Part shown: in pieces, positions 27,201 to 40,737 of the stretch | How positions within the stretch are numbered: the first letter of the stretch is position 1 | Layout of the letters: every line of letters begins with the position of its first letter | Program-made: the position numbers and the translations under genes | Assembly (NCBI GenBank): GCA_016748015.1 | Contig: JAAOMT010000563.1 | Coordinates: 434,001-498,000, forward strand | Length of the DNA stretch: 64,000 nt | Direction: 5' to 3' | From: Geosiphon pyriformis uo1 | Taxonomy: Eukaryota; Fungi; Glomeromycota | Notes under the pieces: generated by a model | Seen by the model: only the letters and a program-made list of their open reading frames with translations | What the model was told of the DNA's origin: nothing | The model's database searches: none

Positions 27201-28130
27201 TAACTTTTATTAAATATTATTAATAATTCTGTTTTTTTAATTGTTCTTAATAATAATAAGTTTAAAATTAAGTTAATTAATTTTTCTTTTGGCTATATTG
27301 TTTTTAATTAGTAATTTGGTTTTTTAAATTTGTAATTAAATTTGTTTTATGTTTTAATTTTCAAAATTTTCTTAATAATTAAGATATATTATTATTAATA
27401 TTAATTTTTAAAAAAATTTTAATATTATATTTGTTAAAATTAATATTTTAAAAAAAATTCTATTTAATAAAATTTTTTTAATTGTAAATACTGTTTTAAA
27501 TATTAAGATTTAAATTCTTTGATTTTAAATTACAAAATGTTTTTATTTTTTTTTTCAAAATTTATTATATTAAGACAAAATTTTTTGCTAAAATTGTTAT
27601 TTTTTTTAGTTTTTTTAGTTGGTTTTTTGGTGTTTTTTGTGGTTGTTATTGTTGTTATTAATTTTGTAATTGGCTTTAAGTTGAATTTTAAATTAATTAA
27701 AGTAATTTTTTTAATTAAATTTATTGTTAATTTTATTAATATTTTGGTTTTTTTAATTATAAAATTTTCAAAAATTATGTTTTTATAAATATAATAACAA
27801 ATAATATATTTTTTAAGATTAAAAAAAAAATTAGTGTTTTAAAAAATAGTTAATAATTTGAATAAATTTTAAGATAAAATATAATATAAATAGTCATAAT
27901 AATATATTTAATAAAAATCTAAATTTTTTATAAATAATTTTTTTTTTGCAAAGTTAATAGTATTTTAAAAGCTTTAAACTTTTAATATTATATTTAATAT
28001 TAGTAAAATTTTTATATAATTAGCTGGTTTATTTTTTGATAATAATAATTTGATTATAGTTTTACATATAATATTTTTAAATAAATTTGTTTTTTTTAAT
28101 TTAATATAATTTAATTTAGATTAAATTTAT
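24245..28130. repeat. Extremely AT-rich block of hyper-mutated repeat relics
   Basis: CpG and G/C are lost abruptly about 290 bp after the AGO stop. Residual homology to 4560-4810 and 61205-61370. Confidence 0.6.
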
Positions 28131-31100
28131 TTTTAATTTTATTATTATTAAAGTTTTACAAGTGCAGTTCAACTACTACCTAAATACATAAAATCAAATT
28201 AGATTCTAAATTAAGTATAGTTCATGTCTTTTCTACACGTGATCAGACACTGGGCCCAATTAAGGCAGCACTATGCACTTATAGGATCTGTTAAAGAAAT
28301 ATTACACAAGAAACCAAAACCCAAATCAGTAATACAGGGACATAAACCAAAGCTCATGTAAATATCCAATCTGATACTGAGACCATGAATGACATCAATA
28401 GCCCAGAAGTCTGACAAACCAGTAACCAATAGCACCACAGATCCATCATGTAGTAACAGATTGTGTTTTTCATAGAAGGCTCTCAATTTGGTCATAGGCA
28501 ACCAAATGTCTGATCTATGACACTTTGCGAGACTATGAACCAAATCGACAATTGCACAGCCACCTGAAGCCAAGCCAAGGCACTGAATAGCATCAGCCAT
28601 CCAGCTTTTCAACACAAACCCCTTGGCCAACAACATATATAAACTATAGAATGACTCAGCTTTGCGCAGAGAATGTACCACCCTATCTCTTATAGCAGAA
28701 TCACCAGCCATTTTATACTACCTTTTCTTAATGGAAAACAATACAGTTCTTTTGGCATTGTTGTCATGTGAGCATAGAAATAGGTGATCAGAGTTCTTGA
28801 TCATACCACACTTAATACACATTATGTTAGAATATCTAAGATTGTACAATCTCTTCTTTATGGCAACCAGCAGGTAATGATGTAGAGATTTCATAAGATA
28901 AGACTGCAGAGAAACTGAAGACAAACTGGTATAACCAGATTGGATTCTACTATCAGGGTGTCAAACACTGAATGATCTGTGTGTGTCAATTTCACTAGCA
29001 TCATCAGTCTTAACCATGCTAATGCCACATCTGAAGTCTTACTTGACAAAATTAATGGTATCGAACAAGTTTTTAATGAAATGATGTGTATTCTCAGAAA
29101 CAGATTTGTCCTCAACCCTGAGAAAGTGATATGGCATGTCCAGGGGCAGCATAGATTTAGAGAAAACTGCAGCATTAGCAAGAAAATCTGCACATTCATT
29201 CTCAATAATGCTTGAATGTTCTTTGATCTTTCTTTATGTGACTGACAGATTTTTTTTTAAAATAACTTGACAAATGTGCTCCTTCTTAATCCAACATTTG
29301 CAGCAAAAATCAGAAACAGATATGCCTACATCAAATTTACAAATGTTCAGCAATACCTGACTATCTGTGAATAATTCAACTGTGCTAGAGATAGGTACAC
29401 AATTCAGTACCAAAGTGATAGCTTGCAGCTCCACCAGTGTTGAGAACAATAAGCCAAGAATCTTTACACCAATGCTAGCATTGGCTCTTGAAAAGTAAGC
29501 AGCAGCACCACCACAGACACCAATCAACCCCAAACTCTTGACAGACCCATTAGTGTAAACTTTAATAGATTTATGTTTGAGGGCCAACAAACACTCAGAA
29601 GTAAAACCAATGTCACAGAAAAAATTAGTGGAAGCAAAATGAGACACCACATTTACTATGACATCCAAACCACCATTATTGACAAAATTAGTAACAAAAA
29701 CAAACCAGATAGGAATTGAACCTCTTGGGTTGAGTTTTTTCCATCTGTGAAAGGTGTTCCAAATGAAGCATATGCCATGACAATTCAAAAGTTGGTTAGC
29801 AAAAATGAGGCCATATTTCATGAGAAATTTTCTAACGCCCAAATAACCATCCAGGTCCAGCACATCCAAAATTGGCACACCAATCCCAGCCTGAAAAACA
29901 TTGGAGAATGCACCATCTAATGAGGTTTTGCATGAAGTGAGTATCCGAGTAGTGCCAGCCAAAAAACAGTTCAAAAGATTGATAGGTAATGTGACTGAAA
30001 AACAAAGAGGATGCCAGGACATTCAGCTGACAGCCTATAAGTCCATTGCTCTGTGGTCAAAAAATTTGCCGAAAGTTCTACTAATATTACTAAAATTGAT
30101 CAAGTTGGCCAACAAACTTTCAGAGAGCACTTGCTTAAAAGGCTTCAGGTCATACAGCTCAGGATAATGCAGCACCACACTAGGAAAGTTTTTAGGCAAA
30201 TTTGCTTTGAACTTGAGCTTCTTCTTTAACAATTTGTCCTATTTCTTACAAACACTCTTAGAAGCAAAGCTAAATTGAAGCCTATAATAAATAATAGGCT
30301 GTAGAACAGCAGAAACCAAATATAAAAATTGCTTCTCAGTTATGGTCTTTCTCAAAACCACATTCAAAAAAAACTTGATATTATTGTGAGCTTTGGCTAA
30401 ACTCGGCTTGAAAAAGCCTTCAGTTGATAAGAAAATCTCCAGATAGTAATGAAACTTGCTCCTCTTGGCCACTGAAATGCTCGACCCACTAATAAATAGC
30501 TTAGCCTTCTTAACGCCTTAGTTGATAAGGATAGTGACAGTTTTCTCAGAGTTTATTGAAATGTTATTGATAGAAAAGAATTCACTCACTATGTTCAAGA
30601 TATTTTGTGTTGCTACCAAACAATTACTGACCCAGATTGTGTTATCAATAAAGGCTCTCACAGCAAAAAATAATGTTCTGTTATTACTCTGGTCAGGTTT
30701 GTCAGATTTGGCATAGAATCTTAAACACATTTGATAACCATATAATTGTTCATGTTTCTTGACTTTGCATAGCAATAGATTATAGAAAATATGTCACAGC
30801 AGTGGCGAAAACACCTCCCCTTGGTTCAAACCATTATGTACAGTGTAACCATGAGACAGACCAAAATCTGTTATAACTTGATTGAATCTACCATTGTGTA
30901 TGCTACCAAAAAAGTTTATAAAATGGAGACACATTTTGATCCTAACCAAACTATTAAGTAAATGAGACCAACTGACAGAGTCATAGGCCTTGCACATATC
31001 CTGAAGAACCAGCCACAACTCCTTGTTTTTTTCCAGAGCATCTTTTACAATTGAGCCAACAGCAAAAATAAGAGATTGTGTAAAAGTGCCTTTCAACACC

Positions 31101-34100
31101 AAAAAATTGTCACTACACAAAATGTCGAACCTACTGCAAACCAAAGAGATCCAATCTGAAAAAATTTTAGACAAAATCTTTTGGACAGTTTTAATCAGTG
31201 CAATCGGCCTAGTATTAGTAAGAGTGCCTTCCCAATTATAAGATTTAAAAATCATGGAAACCCAGAATCTTCTCCATTGCTTAGGAACCCCTCCAGATAT
31301 CAAACACTTATTAAAAATGCTCAAAAGACCATTGAGAACCAAAGAATCACTATGCTTCCAAAGTTCATTGAAAATACCAGAGAGCCTAGCAGCTTTGCCA
31401 TTCAGTAAGTTCCTAATGACTTGCAAAAGTTTTTCCATGCTGACATCACTCATAACCCCAGAAAATGTAGCATCACCAACATGACTTAAGGGAGCATACT
31501 GAATATTCCACTAATTTGACAGATTACCAGCAACCAAGCATTTCCTTGTTCAACCTTCTATTATAGTATCAATCGAAGATTTGACCATCTGAGGCTCCAA
31601 GATGAGCTCATCATTTACAATTAAATGATCAAAAACTACTTTTCTGAATGGTCAATCCAGAATGCTATTTATTATCTGCTCTTTATTTGTGCAAAAGTTT
31701 TCCATGGGTTTTGATATAGCTTTCTTAATGAAGTTATCTTTGGCAACTTTGGATTTATAATACTTGGACTTGCAGTAACTCCTTTTAATAACCAAAATAT
31801 AATGTAAAATATCCTCAATCTTGTTATTCATATCAATTATAACATAAATCTTGGATGCCTCATTACTATCTATGCTTGACCATATATTAACCAAGTAGTC
31901 AGTCTCTTAAACCAGACCCAAATTTAAACTACTGGCAATTTTGAACATTAGCAATTCCAACCTATAAAACTTAGATGACAATTTGTTCTTTATACCTTCA
32001 AATTTACTAAACCAGAGCCTGAAGAAAATTTCATCAACAGAATCAACCACTACTCTTTTGAGAATATCCCACATTTTGTTTAAATTACTGATGTATTCTG
32101 TAACATGAAAATCAACTGACTTCTTCAAAAATTTGTCTGCAGAGCACTCCATAAAGCGTTTCCACCCATTAACATCCACATCTTTCAGCTTAAATTTTCA
32201 ATAATCTTTATTTGTCTGTTTGCATAAAACCCCTAATCGAATGTTCAAAAGCCAATCCAAACTCACTGAGACTAAGACAGCTTTGTAATCAGTGTCAAAA
32301 AATTCAAACACAGAGCCAATCCTATGATTGGCCACAGCTGAAATTAAGAATTCATTAACCAAGATATGATCAATAACTTTCTCAACACCCCTCAAGTTGC
32401 TCCAAGTAGAGGCCCCAGCCAGAGAATGTCTACCAAAAGAATTAACTAATCCCAAATTTAAACAAAATCTATAACTTGCACTTTTTTTAGAACTGCATTC
32501 ATTAAAATCACTGTCCAAGACAACAAAGCTGCTGGAATTAACTATCCGGGCTATAAAAAAATTAATATTAAATGCCTGCTCAAATCAGTCACCTGAAGAG
32601 GCACAAGCATACAAGCCAATGATTGAAACCAAAACTCTGCTCTTAAAAAGAAGATGTACTGAAACAATATGACCAGAAACTTCCTCTATTTTGGAAACAT
32701 GTTGAGCTAAAGAATTGTTCATGATTATCGCCACACCAGCCCCAAAAAACCTGCTGTCCAGACCAGATGTGAAAATGTGCACACCCTCAAACTTGTTCAT
32801 AATCTATGGCTTAATGCTGAGCTTTAATTTTGTCTCCATTACTATGGACACCATATTATCTGATTCTTTGTGCCAATAAACAACATTGTCCTATTTGGCA
32901 GGAACATTGATGCCCCAAACATTGCACGTAGCTATTTTCCATATCAAACCACTCATTGGGACGAAAAGGATAGTAAAAGACCTGAACTCACACACAAATG
33001 ATCTAACTTTGTTAAAACTGAATCTACAGAAGCCTCAAGAGCTACCAACTTGGATTCCAAACTGCCAATCTTGGTTGTTAAAATCTTTGAACTACTCTGA
33101 CCCAAGGCTGAACCACTAAAGGAGATGGAAGAAGAAGTTGGGAGCACCACTTCCAGACCATCCACAATTATATTTAAAGCTGAATTTTCTTCAACAGCAA
33201 CCAAGGTAGCTGAAACTTTAGAGAAGAGAGATAAAGCTCATTGTACCAATTCTATTTTACTGAATTTGCACAGAATGCCAAACACTTGGTCGGCTAATAA
33301 CTCTAAAGATTGTTCTAAAGAATCCAAATGAGCATCTAAAAATGAATTGTCAACTGAGACTAAAAGAAGACCACCATTCAAACCTGAGTTGCCAGAGAAA
33401 AAGGAACCAGAACCAGAACCAAAAGCAAAACAAAAACCATCAGAGAAACCAGCAGGCGAAACCACTTGGGCCCAGGATTTGCTACCAAAGGCAATAAGAC
33501 GAGATATTGAAACACTTTTCTTCTCATACAACCTTGCCAACTAAAGACAACGTTCATCAAACACAACCCTCTTAAATGTTTTTGAAGACCTAAAAATAAA
33601 TGCAATTGTTGCATCACACTCCAAAGCAGAATGGCTAACTTTTCCATATCTCCCATATCAAACCAAATCCATTCTCACCCAAGAAAGTTTAACATTGCCA
33701 AGAATTAGCTCTGTGCAAAAGGCAGATTTCAGATTATTATCAGATTCAAAATTAACTACTGCACAGCAAATTTTATTACCAGTTTTTAGTAATCTGTTTA
33801 TGATGCAAGTTTTCTTACCAGCTTTTTCCAGAAAATTTCTAAGATTATGTACTGTTGTTTCTATCAGCAAAGTAAACAAAAGCACTCTGAACCAATTTCT
33901 TGATGCCCAAGTCTCATGGTCTCCTATTGCTTTGGCTATGTGCACAGAATCCTTACTAATCATGAATGATTATTTAGAGGCTAACAAGTTAGCTTGGCCC
34001 AGTTCAACAAACTCTACCACAGCCTTTTGCCATATTCCAATTAGTTGGATCTTGATTGACTTAATTTCACCAAACTCGGCTAGTGCAGCGATGATCATTT

Positions 34101-34922
34101 TCTTTGGCATATTCATGGAAATCTCTTTAATGACCACAGCCTGATCTGAATGAACTTTTTGTCTCTTGAGATTACTGTTTACATCAATCCTTTTTTCTGA
34201 AGTAAAGATAGATCAAATGATCCCTTCAAATTTTGAAAGGGTAGTGGTCCCCCCAAAACTATTGACTAATGAAAAAAATTTTCAAATTAACTGGGTTTTT
34301 GCCATTGCTGATTTTCTTTCTACAGCACTAAGATTGATATTAAGAGCAAAAGATTTTTTGGCAGACACTTCAACCTGAGTCCTAATAATTTTTGAGTCAA
34401 TCCATTTCTTTTCCAAAAAGATTGAAAGATGAAGAAGAAAAGAAACATCTTCATCATCATGCATGACAAAATTAGAAGATCCAAGAGATAAACCAAAAAT
34501 AGCACCAGTATTGACATGCTTGGCTTTAGAAGTATTGGCAGCTAAATCCAGAAGAGATTCAACATTAATACCAGTTATGTTAACACTTTTCTTGTCACCA
34601 GACACACTATTTACATTAGAAAACACACTGTCACCAAGCTCAGATTTGTCCAGAAAGATATCTTTTTTATTACCTGAGTATTTGACATTCTCAAGCACAA
34701 CTTTTTTCTTTTGTAAGAAGGAGCCACTAGTAAAACCATAAAAAACACTCTTTGGTGTCTTCTTTTTAGACATGTTGCTACTAAAAGCAGCCTCTAGGTT
34801 CACGAAAAATGGGTTATTAGAAAGAGAAATTGTGAAACACTAACAAGAAAAAATAAAAAACTTTTTTTTCAGAAAAGTGCTTTTTTGAGAATTTTTGGAG
34901 GTAAGAGAGAAAGAAGTTTTTT
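28130..34922 (-). mobile_element. Full-length degenerate LINE copy B (ORF1 about 34773-32953; ORF2 about 32956-28271: APE, RT, RNase H, C-terminal Zn finger)
   Basis: ORF1 has an RRM-like segment and a CCHC knuckle. ORF2 has WKIATCNV, DSDFNE, IDHIL, TRPIALI, LQDMCKAYDSV, GLNQGEVFSPLL, VYTNGS, VELQAI, FTDSQ and CIKCG...DHLFLC. It ends in an A/TAA-rich 3' tail near 28130-28150. Confidence 0.92.
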
Positions 34923-35249
34923 TTTATTATATTTAATTATATATAAAAAATATGTAAATTATATTGTATTATATAATAATTGAATTAAAAAACTATTTTT
35001 AAATTAATAATATAATATTTAAAATTTAAATAATTTAATACTTATTTAAATAAAATTTTTATATTTAAACAAAATATTTTAATAAAAACACAATATAAAT
35101 AAAATTAATTATTATAAAAAATAAACAAATTAAATAATAAATAATAATTTAATTAAAATTTTTTAATATAAATATAATAAAATATAGTTTAATTATTATT
35201 TAAAATAATACAACAATAAATATATAAAAAAAACAAAATTTTTTTTTTC

Positions 35250-35510
35250 TCGTTGATCTCCTGGCCACTATGAGAGCAAAAATTTTTTTTGGAGAAATCA
35301 CTTTACTTTATTCTTTTTTCCTTCATTTGTTCAAGTTATTTCTTCTATTATACACACTTTCATTATGATGAAACCAGTAAGCTTATCTGCTGGAGGATTT
35401 GGTTCAGTTTCGGCTGGTTTGGGGACCCACCTAAATGCTAAAAAAAATCATTTGAATACAGTCTATTCCCATGGTGCATTCTACAAAAAAACAAAAAAGC
35501 ATGTGGCCAG
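35250..35510 (+). mobile_element. 5' end of LINE copy C (5' UTR and ORF1 start at 35365), split by the LTR element
   Basis: MMKPVSLSAGGFGSVSAGLGTHLNAKKNHLNTVYSHGAFYKKTKKHVA continues as VMVDSFTGPLSL... after 45628. Confidence 0.8.
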
Positions 35511-36370
35511 TATTATGAGTGATTATTTGGGGTGTTGAATCAAATAACAAACCCATAACTTGATGCTAAAAGTTATTTGCATTGATATTATTAATCTAAA
35601 GGTTTTGTATCTGAAGGTTTTGTATCTGAAAGTTTCAGATTGAGTTCTTTGTATAATGGACAGAGATTCAATAGTTGTTTTATCTATAGCTTTCCAGAAT
35701 CACAATTCTGTCAATTCTTCTCTTGGCGTGATGACCAGCAATCCTCTGGTAAGTATTCTGTATTTTCTGTATGTGTTCTATTCTCTCACAAGGGTCTTTT
35801 ACCAGACAATCCTTGACATCAGTAATCTAGTACTTTATTCAACCAATTAGTGCACAACAATAAAATCAAAATAAAATAAAGAAAAAAAATAAAAGAAAAT
35901 CATAAATAAGCCAAGGCAATTTTGCAAGTCAGTATCCCATCAATAGCCATAATCAAAAGCTATTGTTCTAGTGTGTTTAAGTATCAATTACTATCAACAT
36001 AGAGTGTTGATAGTGAAATTAGGTTTAAGATACCAAATAGTTATTTATTGTGTTTGGAAGGTTGTCTAGATGAAATCTAAACTTCATGGTCTTTTTTTTC
36101 AGCTTTTAATTCTACTGCTATATATATATAATTGAGATTCCTCAATTCCTCAATTCTTTACAACAGGAATCCTGGGATTTCTGGAATTCTGCAATTCCTT
36201 TGAGAGGAATTCTGGAATTCTGGAATCTTGCAATTTCTTGTGAGAATCCTGGAATTCCTGGAATTCTGCAATTCCTGAGAAAAATCCTGGAATTCCACAT
36301 TTTACTACATCTACTTCTGATTGGCTAATAACTATGCTAATATATATTCCCTATATTTTTATGAGTAATA
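35511..36370 (-). repeat. 3' LTR (860 bp)
   Basis: Direct repeat of 44823-45628. On the minus strand it is preceded by an A-rich PPT (AAAAGAAGAAAA, about 36374-36385). Confidence 0.95.
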
Positions 36371-36383
36371 TTATTTTCTTCTT

Positions 36384-37043
36384 TTAATATTGAGCTCTGT
36401 CGAAATCTAACTCTGTTAATTCCTTTTTTTGAAGTATTTCCTGAATTTCATTTTTGAGAATTACTTGTGTTATTTGAGTCTGTAATTCTTCAAATTGAGC
36501 ATTGGTGATCTTTCTTAATTGATTACTGGTAATTATGTCCATTGCTTTGTTAAGTAAGATTTCTGGTCAATCCTGAAATGCTGTGTGTATTTGGTATATA
36601 GCTCAAGTCTGTGTAAATAAGTTGTTCTTTCCCACAAAATGTTCTAATTATTGTAGTATTCTGGTGTCGAATAATTGCTTTGTTTTATTCATATATAGAT
36701 TCTGAATATTCACATGTTGTCCCAAGTAAAAATAACAATAGTTTCTTGGAAATTGTTGTATCTACCAATTCCAAATTTTTTTAGTTAACTTTTGGTATAG
36801 TGACTTTTTTGTTAACTCTTTTATTGCTAATTTTACTTTTGCCATAATTTTGTTAATAGTATTTTCTGTTTTCTTCTGTGTTCTATGTGACAATGTTTTT
36901 CTAGTGTCTTGATATTAGATGGTTTGTTGATTAATTGTAATTTCCATCTCTTGGTATTGAATCAATTAAAAGAGTTGTTGTGCTAGTGAGTGGATGTTGT
37001 CTGTAATTTCTATTTTTCTGATATTTCTTGTCACATCTACCAT
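36384..37043 (-). pseudogene. ORF3 of the LTR element, 220 codons, unknown function
   Basis: ATG at 37043 to TAA at 36384 is in one frame with no frameshift. Every internal stop reverts to CAA/CAG/CGA/TGG by one transition. Confidence 0.7.
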
Positions 37044-37065
37044 GTCTTTATATATTCTTTTAATT

Positions 37066-39790
37066 AATTAATTAACATGTTGTTGTCAATAATGATGATT
37101 GGTTTCAGATCTCATGAAATTTCTTCTGGTTGGACTAGTATCTTCTGTACTTCTAATTGTAGAATATTATTGATAGATAGTGATGTAATGTTGTGATATG
37201 ATTTCAGTTGATCTCTATGTGCTGCTTTGGTTAAAATTTTGTTATCCAGTCTTAATTTGTAAGCTCCATTCCCTAGAATTTCTTCTATGTGAAATGATCT
37301 ATCTTATTTGGAGTCAAATTTTCTACTCTATTGTTTTTCCGCTTTGGTACAATATAAGAGTACTTTGTCTCCAATCTTGAATTCAACTGGTTTGTTTGGT
37401 AGTTGATTATCATGTCTTTCTTTCTGTTTCTCTTGTGATTTTTGTATGTTATTAGCTGTTTTTCTTCATTTGTTTTTCAATATTTCCATTAAGTCATATG
37501 TTCTTCTTAACAATGTTTCTTGGAAATTTTCTTCTGTTATTGGTTCAGTTGAATATGTGTTAACCTCTATTTCAACTGGTAATGTTGCTGTTCTACCATA
37601 TATCAATTCAAATGGTGTTGCTTGTGTGGTGTCTTGCTTTATTATCTAATAAGCAAATAATACTGATGGTATGAACAAATCTCATTCGTCTTGGTTTTTT
37701 TGGCTGAGTTTTGCTATTGCTTCACACAATGTTTTATTAAATCTTTCAACTAATCCATTGGTTTGTGGATGGTATGGTAATAATAGTGGTCTCTTAATTC
37801 TGAATTTTTGGCTCAATTTTGCTAATGTTTGGTTCACAAAATGGGTCTTTTGGTCTGATAATAGTTCTCTTGAACACCTATATCAACAAATCAGATCTTG
37901 ATGAACAAATTCAGCAATGGATTCTGCATCCACTCTTTGAATTGCTTTTGCTTCTGGCCATTTAGTAAGATAGTTCATGGCTACTGCAATGTATCTGTTT
38001 CCTCTGCTGGTGATTGTTAATGGTCCAACTAAGTCAATTTCAATGTGATCGAATGGTTGTCCCACTTTGATTGGTCTTAATGGTTCATTTGGTCTGGTTC
38101 CTCCTCTTTTCTGACAAACATCATAATTTTGAACATATTGAATAATGTCTGAATACATTGATGGCCAATAGTATCTTTTTCTGGTTCTTTCTATGGTTGC
38201 TTCTTTGTGAAAATGCCCTGCTGTTGGATTTGAATGCATGTTAAATAATATTGTTTCTTTTTCCGGTTTTGTAATTACTCTGGTTGGTTGATCTGTATCT
38301 TTTCTATTCTTCCGATAAAGTATATTCTGGTAGGTAATAAAATATTTTGATTGTTGTTTGATACTATTTTGTTTTGTTTGAGATAATTTCTCCTTGAACT
38401 GTTGAGTATCTATATAATGCTTGAGTTGTTGATATTTTTGTGAGTTCATCTTTTGTTATGTTGTTGTTAGATGTAGTTTGGTTTTGTTATGTTTTTTTTT
38501 TAATTGGAATGTTTAGATTTGTCTCATTCATGACAAACCATCAGCATTTCCATTGTCTTTTCCCTTTTTATAATGTATAGTATAATTATATGATGTGAGT
38601 ACTATTTTCCATTTTGACTGTCTTCCATTTCCAAATTCTTGTTTTTGGAGTGATGTTAATTTTTTGTGATCTGTATACACTTCAAACTTCTGGCTCAAGT
38701 ATTTTTTCCATTTTATGACTGTTCAGTATATCACTAAGTGTTCTTGTTCTGGTGTTCCATAGTTTTTTTCAGCTGGTGTTAAGCCTTGGCTGGCAAATAC
38801 TACTGGATGTTCTCTTCCATCTGGTCTTCTCTGAGATAGTACTGCTTCCAATGCTGACCTAATGCATCAATAGTAATAATGAATGGTTTGTTGTAATCTG
38901 AATAGATCAATACTGGTGTTTGAATGAGCTTTTCTCTTAAAATGTCAAAAGCTTTTTGTTGTGTTTCCATTTATTCATATTTTACGTTCTTGGTTTGTAG
39001 ATGGTTGAGTGGCTGAGCTATTTTAGAAAAGTTTTTGATGAAGTGACAATAATAGCTTGCAGATCCCAAGAATAATTTTAGTTCAGTCACATTGGTTGGT
39101 ACTGGAAAGTTCTTTACTATTTCTATCTTGTCTGGGTCTGTCTTGATATCATCTTTGCTGACTATATGTCCTAGAAACTTCAGTTTTGTTTTGCCAAAGA
39201 AGTACTTGGTAGCATTTAGCTTTAATCCTGCTTATCAAAGTCTTTCAAATACTTGTTGAAGATGATGGAGATGATCATCAAATATTCTTGAGAATACATT
39301 GGTGTTGTCCAAAAACACAACTACTGATTTTCACAATAAGCCAGTGTACACAATTTCCATTAGCCGTTGGAAGGTTGCTGGGACATTGGTTAAGCCAAAT
39401 GGCATTACTTCAAATTCAAAATTCTCTTCTTTTGTGGTGAATGCCATTTTTTTTTTGTCAACTGGATCCATGGCTACTTGCCAATAACCACTATCCAAGT
39501 CTAATGTTGAAAACCATTTGTTTCCTCCAAAAGCATCGAATAACTCTTGGATCTGTGGAGTTAGATAACTGTCTCTATGAGTGATTTCATTGAGTTTTCT
39601 GTAGTCTACACAAAATCTGATCTTTCCATTCTTCTTCTGGATGAGTACCATTGGTGATGACCATGGGCTTATTAATGGCTGGATTAGCCCGTTGTCAAGC
39701 ATTCGATTGATCTCTTAACAGATGATCTTATGGCTTGTTGGTGGTACTCTGTATGCTCTTTGTTTGATTGGCATTGCATTTCCAATTTTG
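37066..39790 (-). pseudogene. pol: reverse transcriptase, RNase H, integrase
   Basis: SPWSSPMVLIQKKNGKIRFCVDYRKLN, STLDLDSGYWQV, VMPFGLTNVPATFQR, VVFLDN (degraded catalytic motif), integrase H-H-C-C region and IDLVGPL...YLTKWPEAK, GPF-like C-terminus. Confidence 0.93.
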
Positions 39791-40344
39791 ATCTGGTGTT
39801 AGATGATATCAATTCTGCCAAATTCATTTTTGCTGACAAAGATGTCATTAAAATTGTTGAGTAACATCTTTAATTGCATCTGTTGAAGTGGATCTAGATT
39901 TCCCATGTTCATTTGCTCTAGCTGCTCTGGTTGTAACAAATAACATTCGTTCTGTCCATAGATTATTTGTGACATAATATTCATATATTCACACAATTGT
40001 AGAAAGTCTAGAATAGTGCTTGGTGGTTGATCTTCAATTTCAGTGGTTAAATATCTGAAAGTGGTTCCTTTCAATATTTTCACAACATTTCCCGTATTGT
40101 TGTAGATGGAAATTTTGATATGGTTGTGGTTCTTGGCTGGTATGTGTAGATTGATAAGTCCAACTTTTCCTGTTTTACAAAAGCTTGTTTCCACTTCAAA
40201 AATTTGTGCCTGATCCTTCACCTTTCTTTCTATTGCTAACATGTACTGGTCATATGGTGAAATGGAAATTGCTTGACCCATTGAGATAATTTCTCCTTGG
40301 CCAATAATTTCTTCCTTTGCCATATTGACTAGTATGTCTATTCT

Positions 40345-40737
40345 ACCCATGGATCCGAATCCCTGTATCCCTTTTGTAGTTATCCCTAATTCTTCCCTAT
40401 TTCTCATTGAAACTAACTGAGCTATTTTAACCAGAGACAGGAATATTGCCTGTGCTATTTTCTTGTTTGGCTCTATCATATAGGCCTTTTCAAAGTCATT
40501 TTGTAGTATGGCAATAATATTTCCTATATATCACATGTCAATTATTCCTTCTCTTATATTAATCCCTTTTTTCACTAAACTACTCCTAGATGCTAGTTGA
40601 ATCATGGTTGTTGCTGGAATTTCTAATGCTACTTTCAGATCAATGCAAGTGTGCAAACATGGTTCCAATTTAATGGTGTCTTTTCTGGGATATCTCAAAT
40701 CAAATCTTGCATCAGTATCATGTGCACGTTCTGGCAT
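40345..40737 (-). pseudogene. dUTPase domain within the polyprotein
   Basis: All five trimeric dUTPase motif regions are present: PERAHDTDARFDL, ASRSSL, GIID..YIGNI, KIAQAIF, KGIQGFGSMG. Confidence 0.92.

Noticed and set aside
28225-28250. CTGATCA...GAAA in the LINE B 3' UTR resembling a hammerhead ribozyme core
   Set aside because: The core should be CTGATGA, the other copies read CTGGTCA or CTGGTTA, and the required stems are missing.
35656-35850. ORF present in both LTRs (also 44937-45146)
   Set aside because: It is shared only because the LTRs are duplicates. It is antisense to the element and has no recognisable domain.
36135-36295. Short repeated GGAATTC units resembling a CRISPR-like array
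   Set aside because: There are no unique spacers, the array is internal to the LTR, and the context is eukaryotic.
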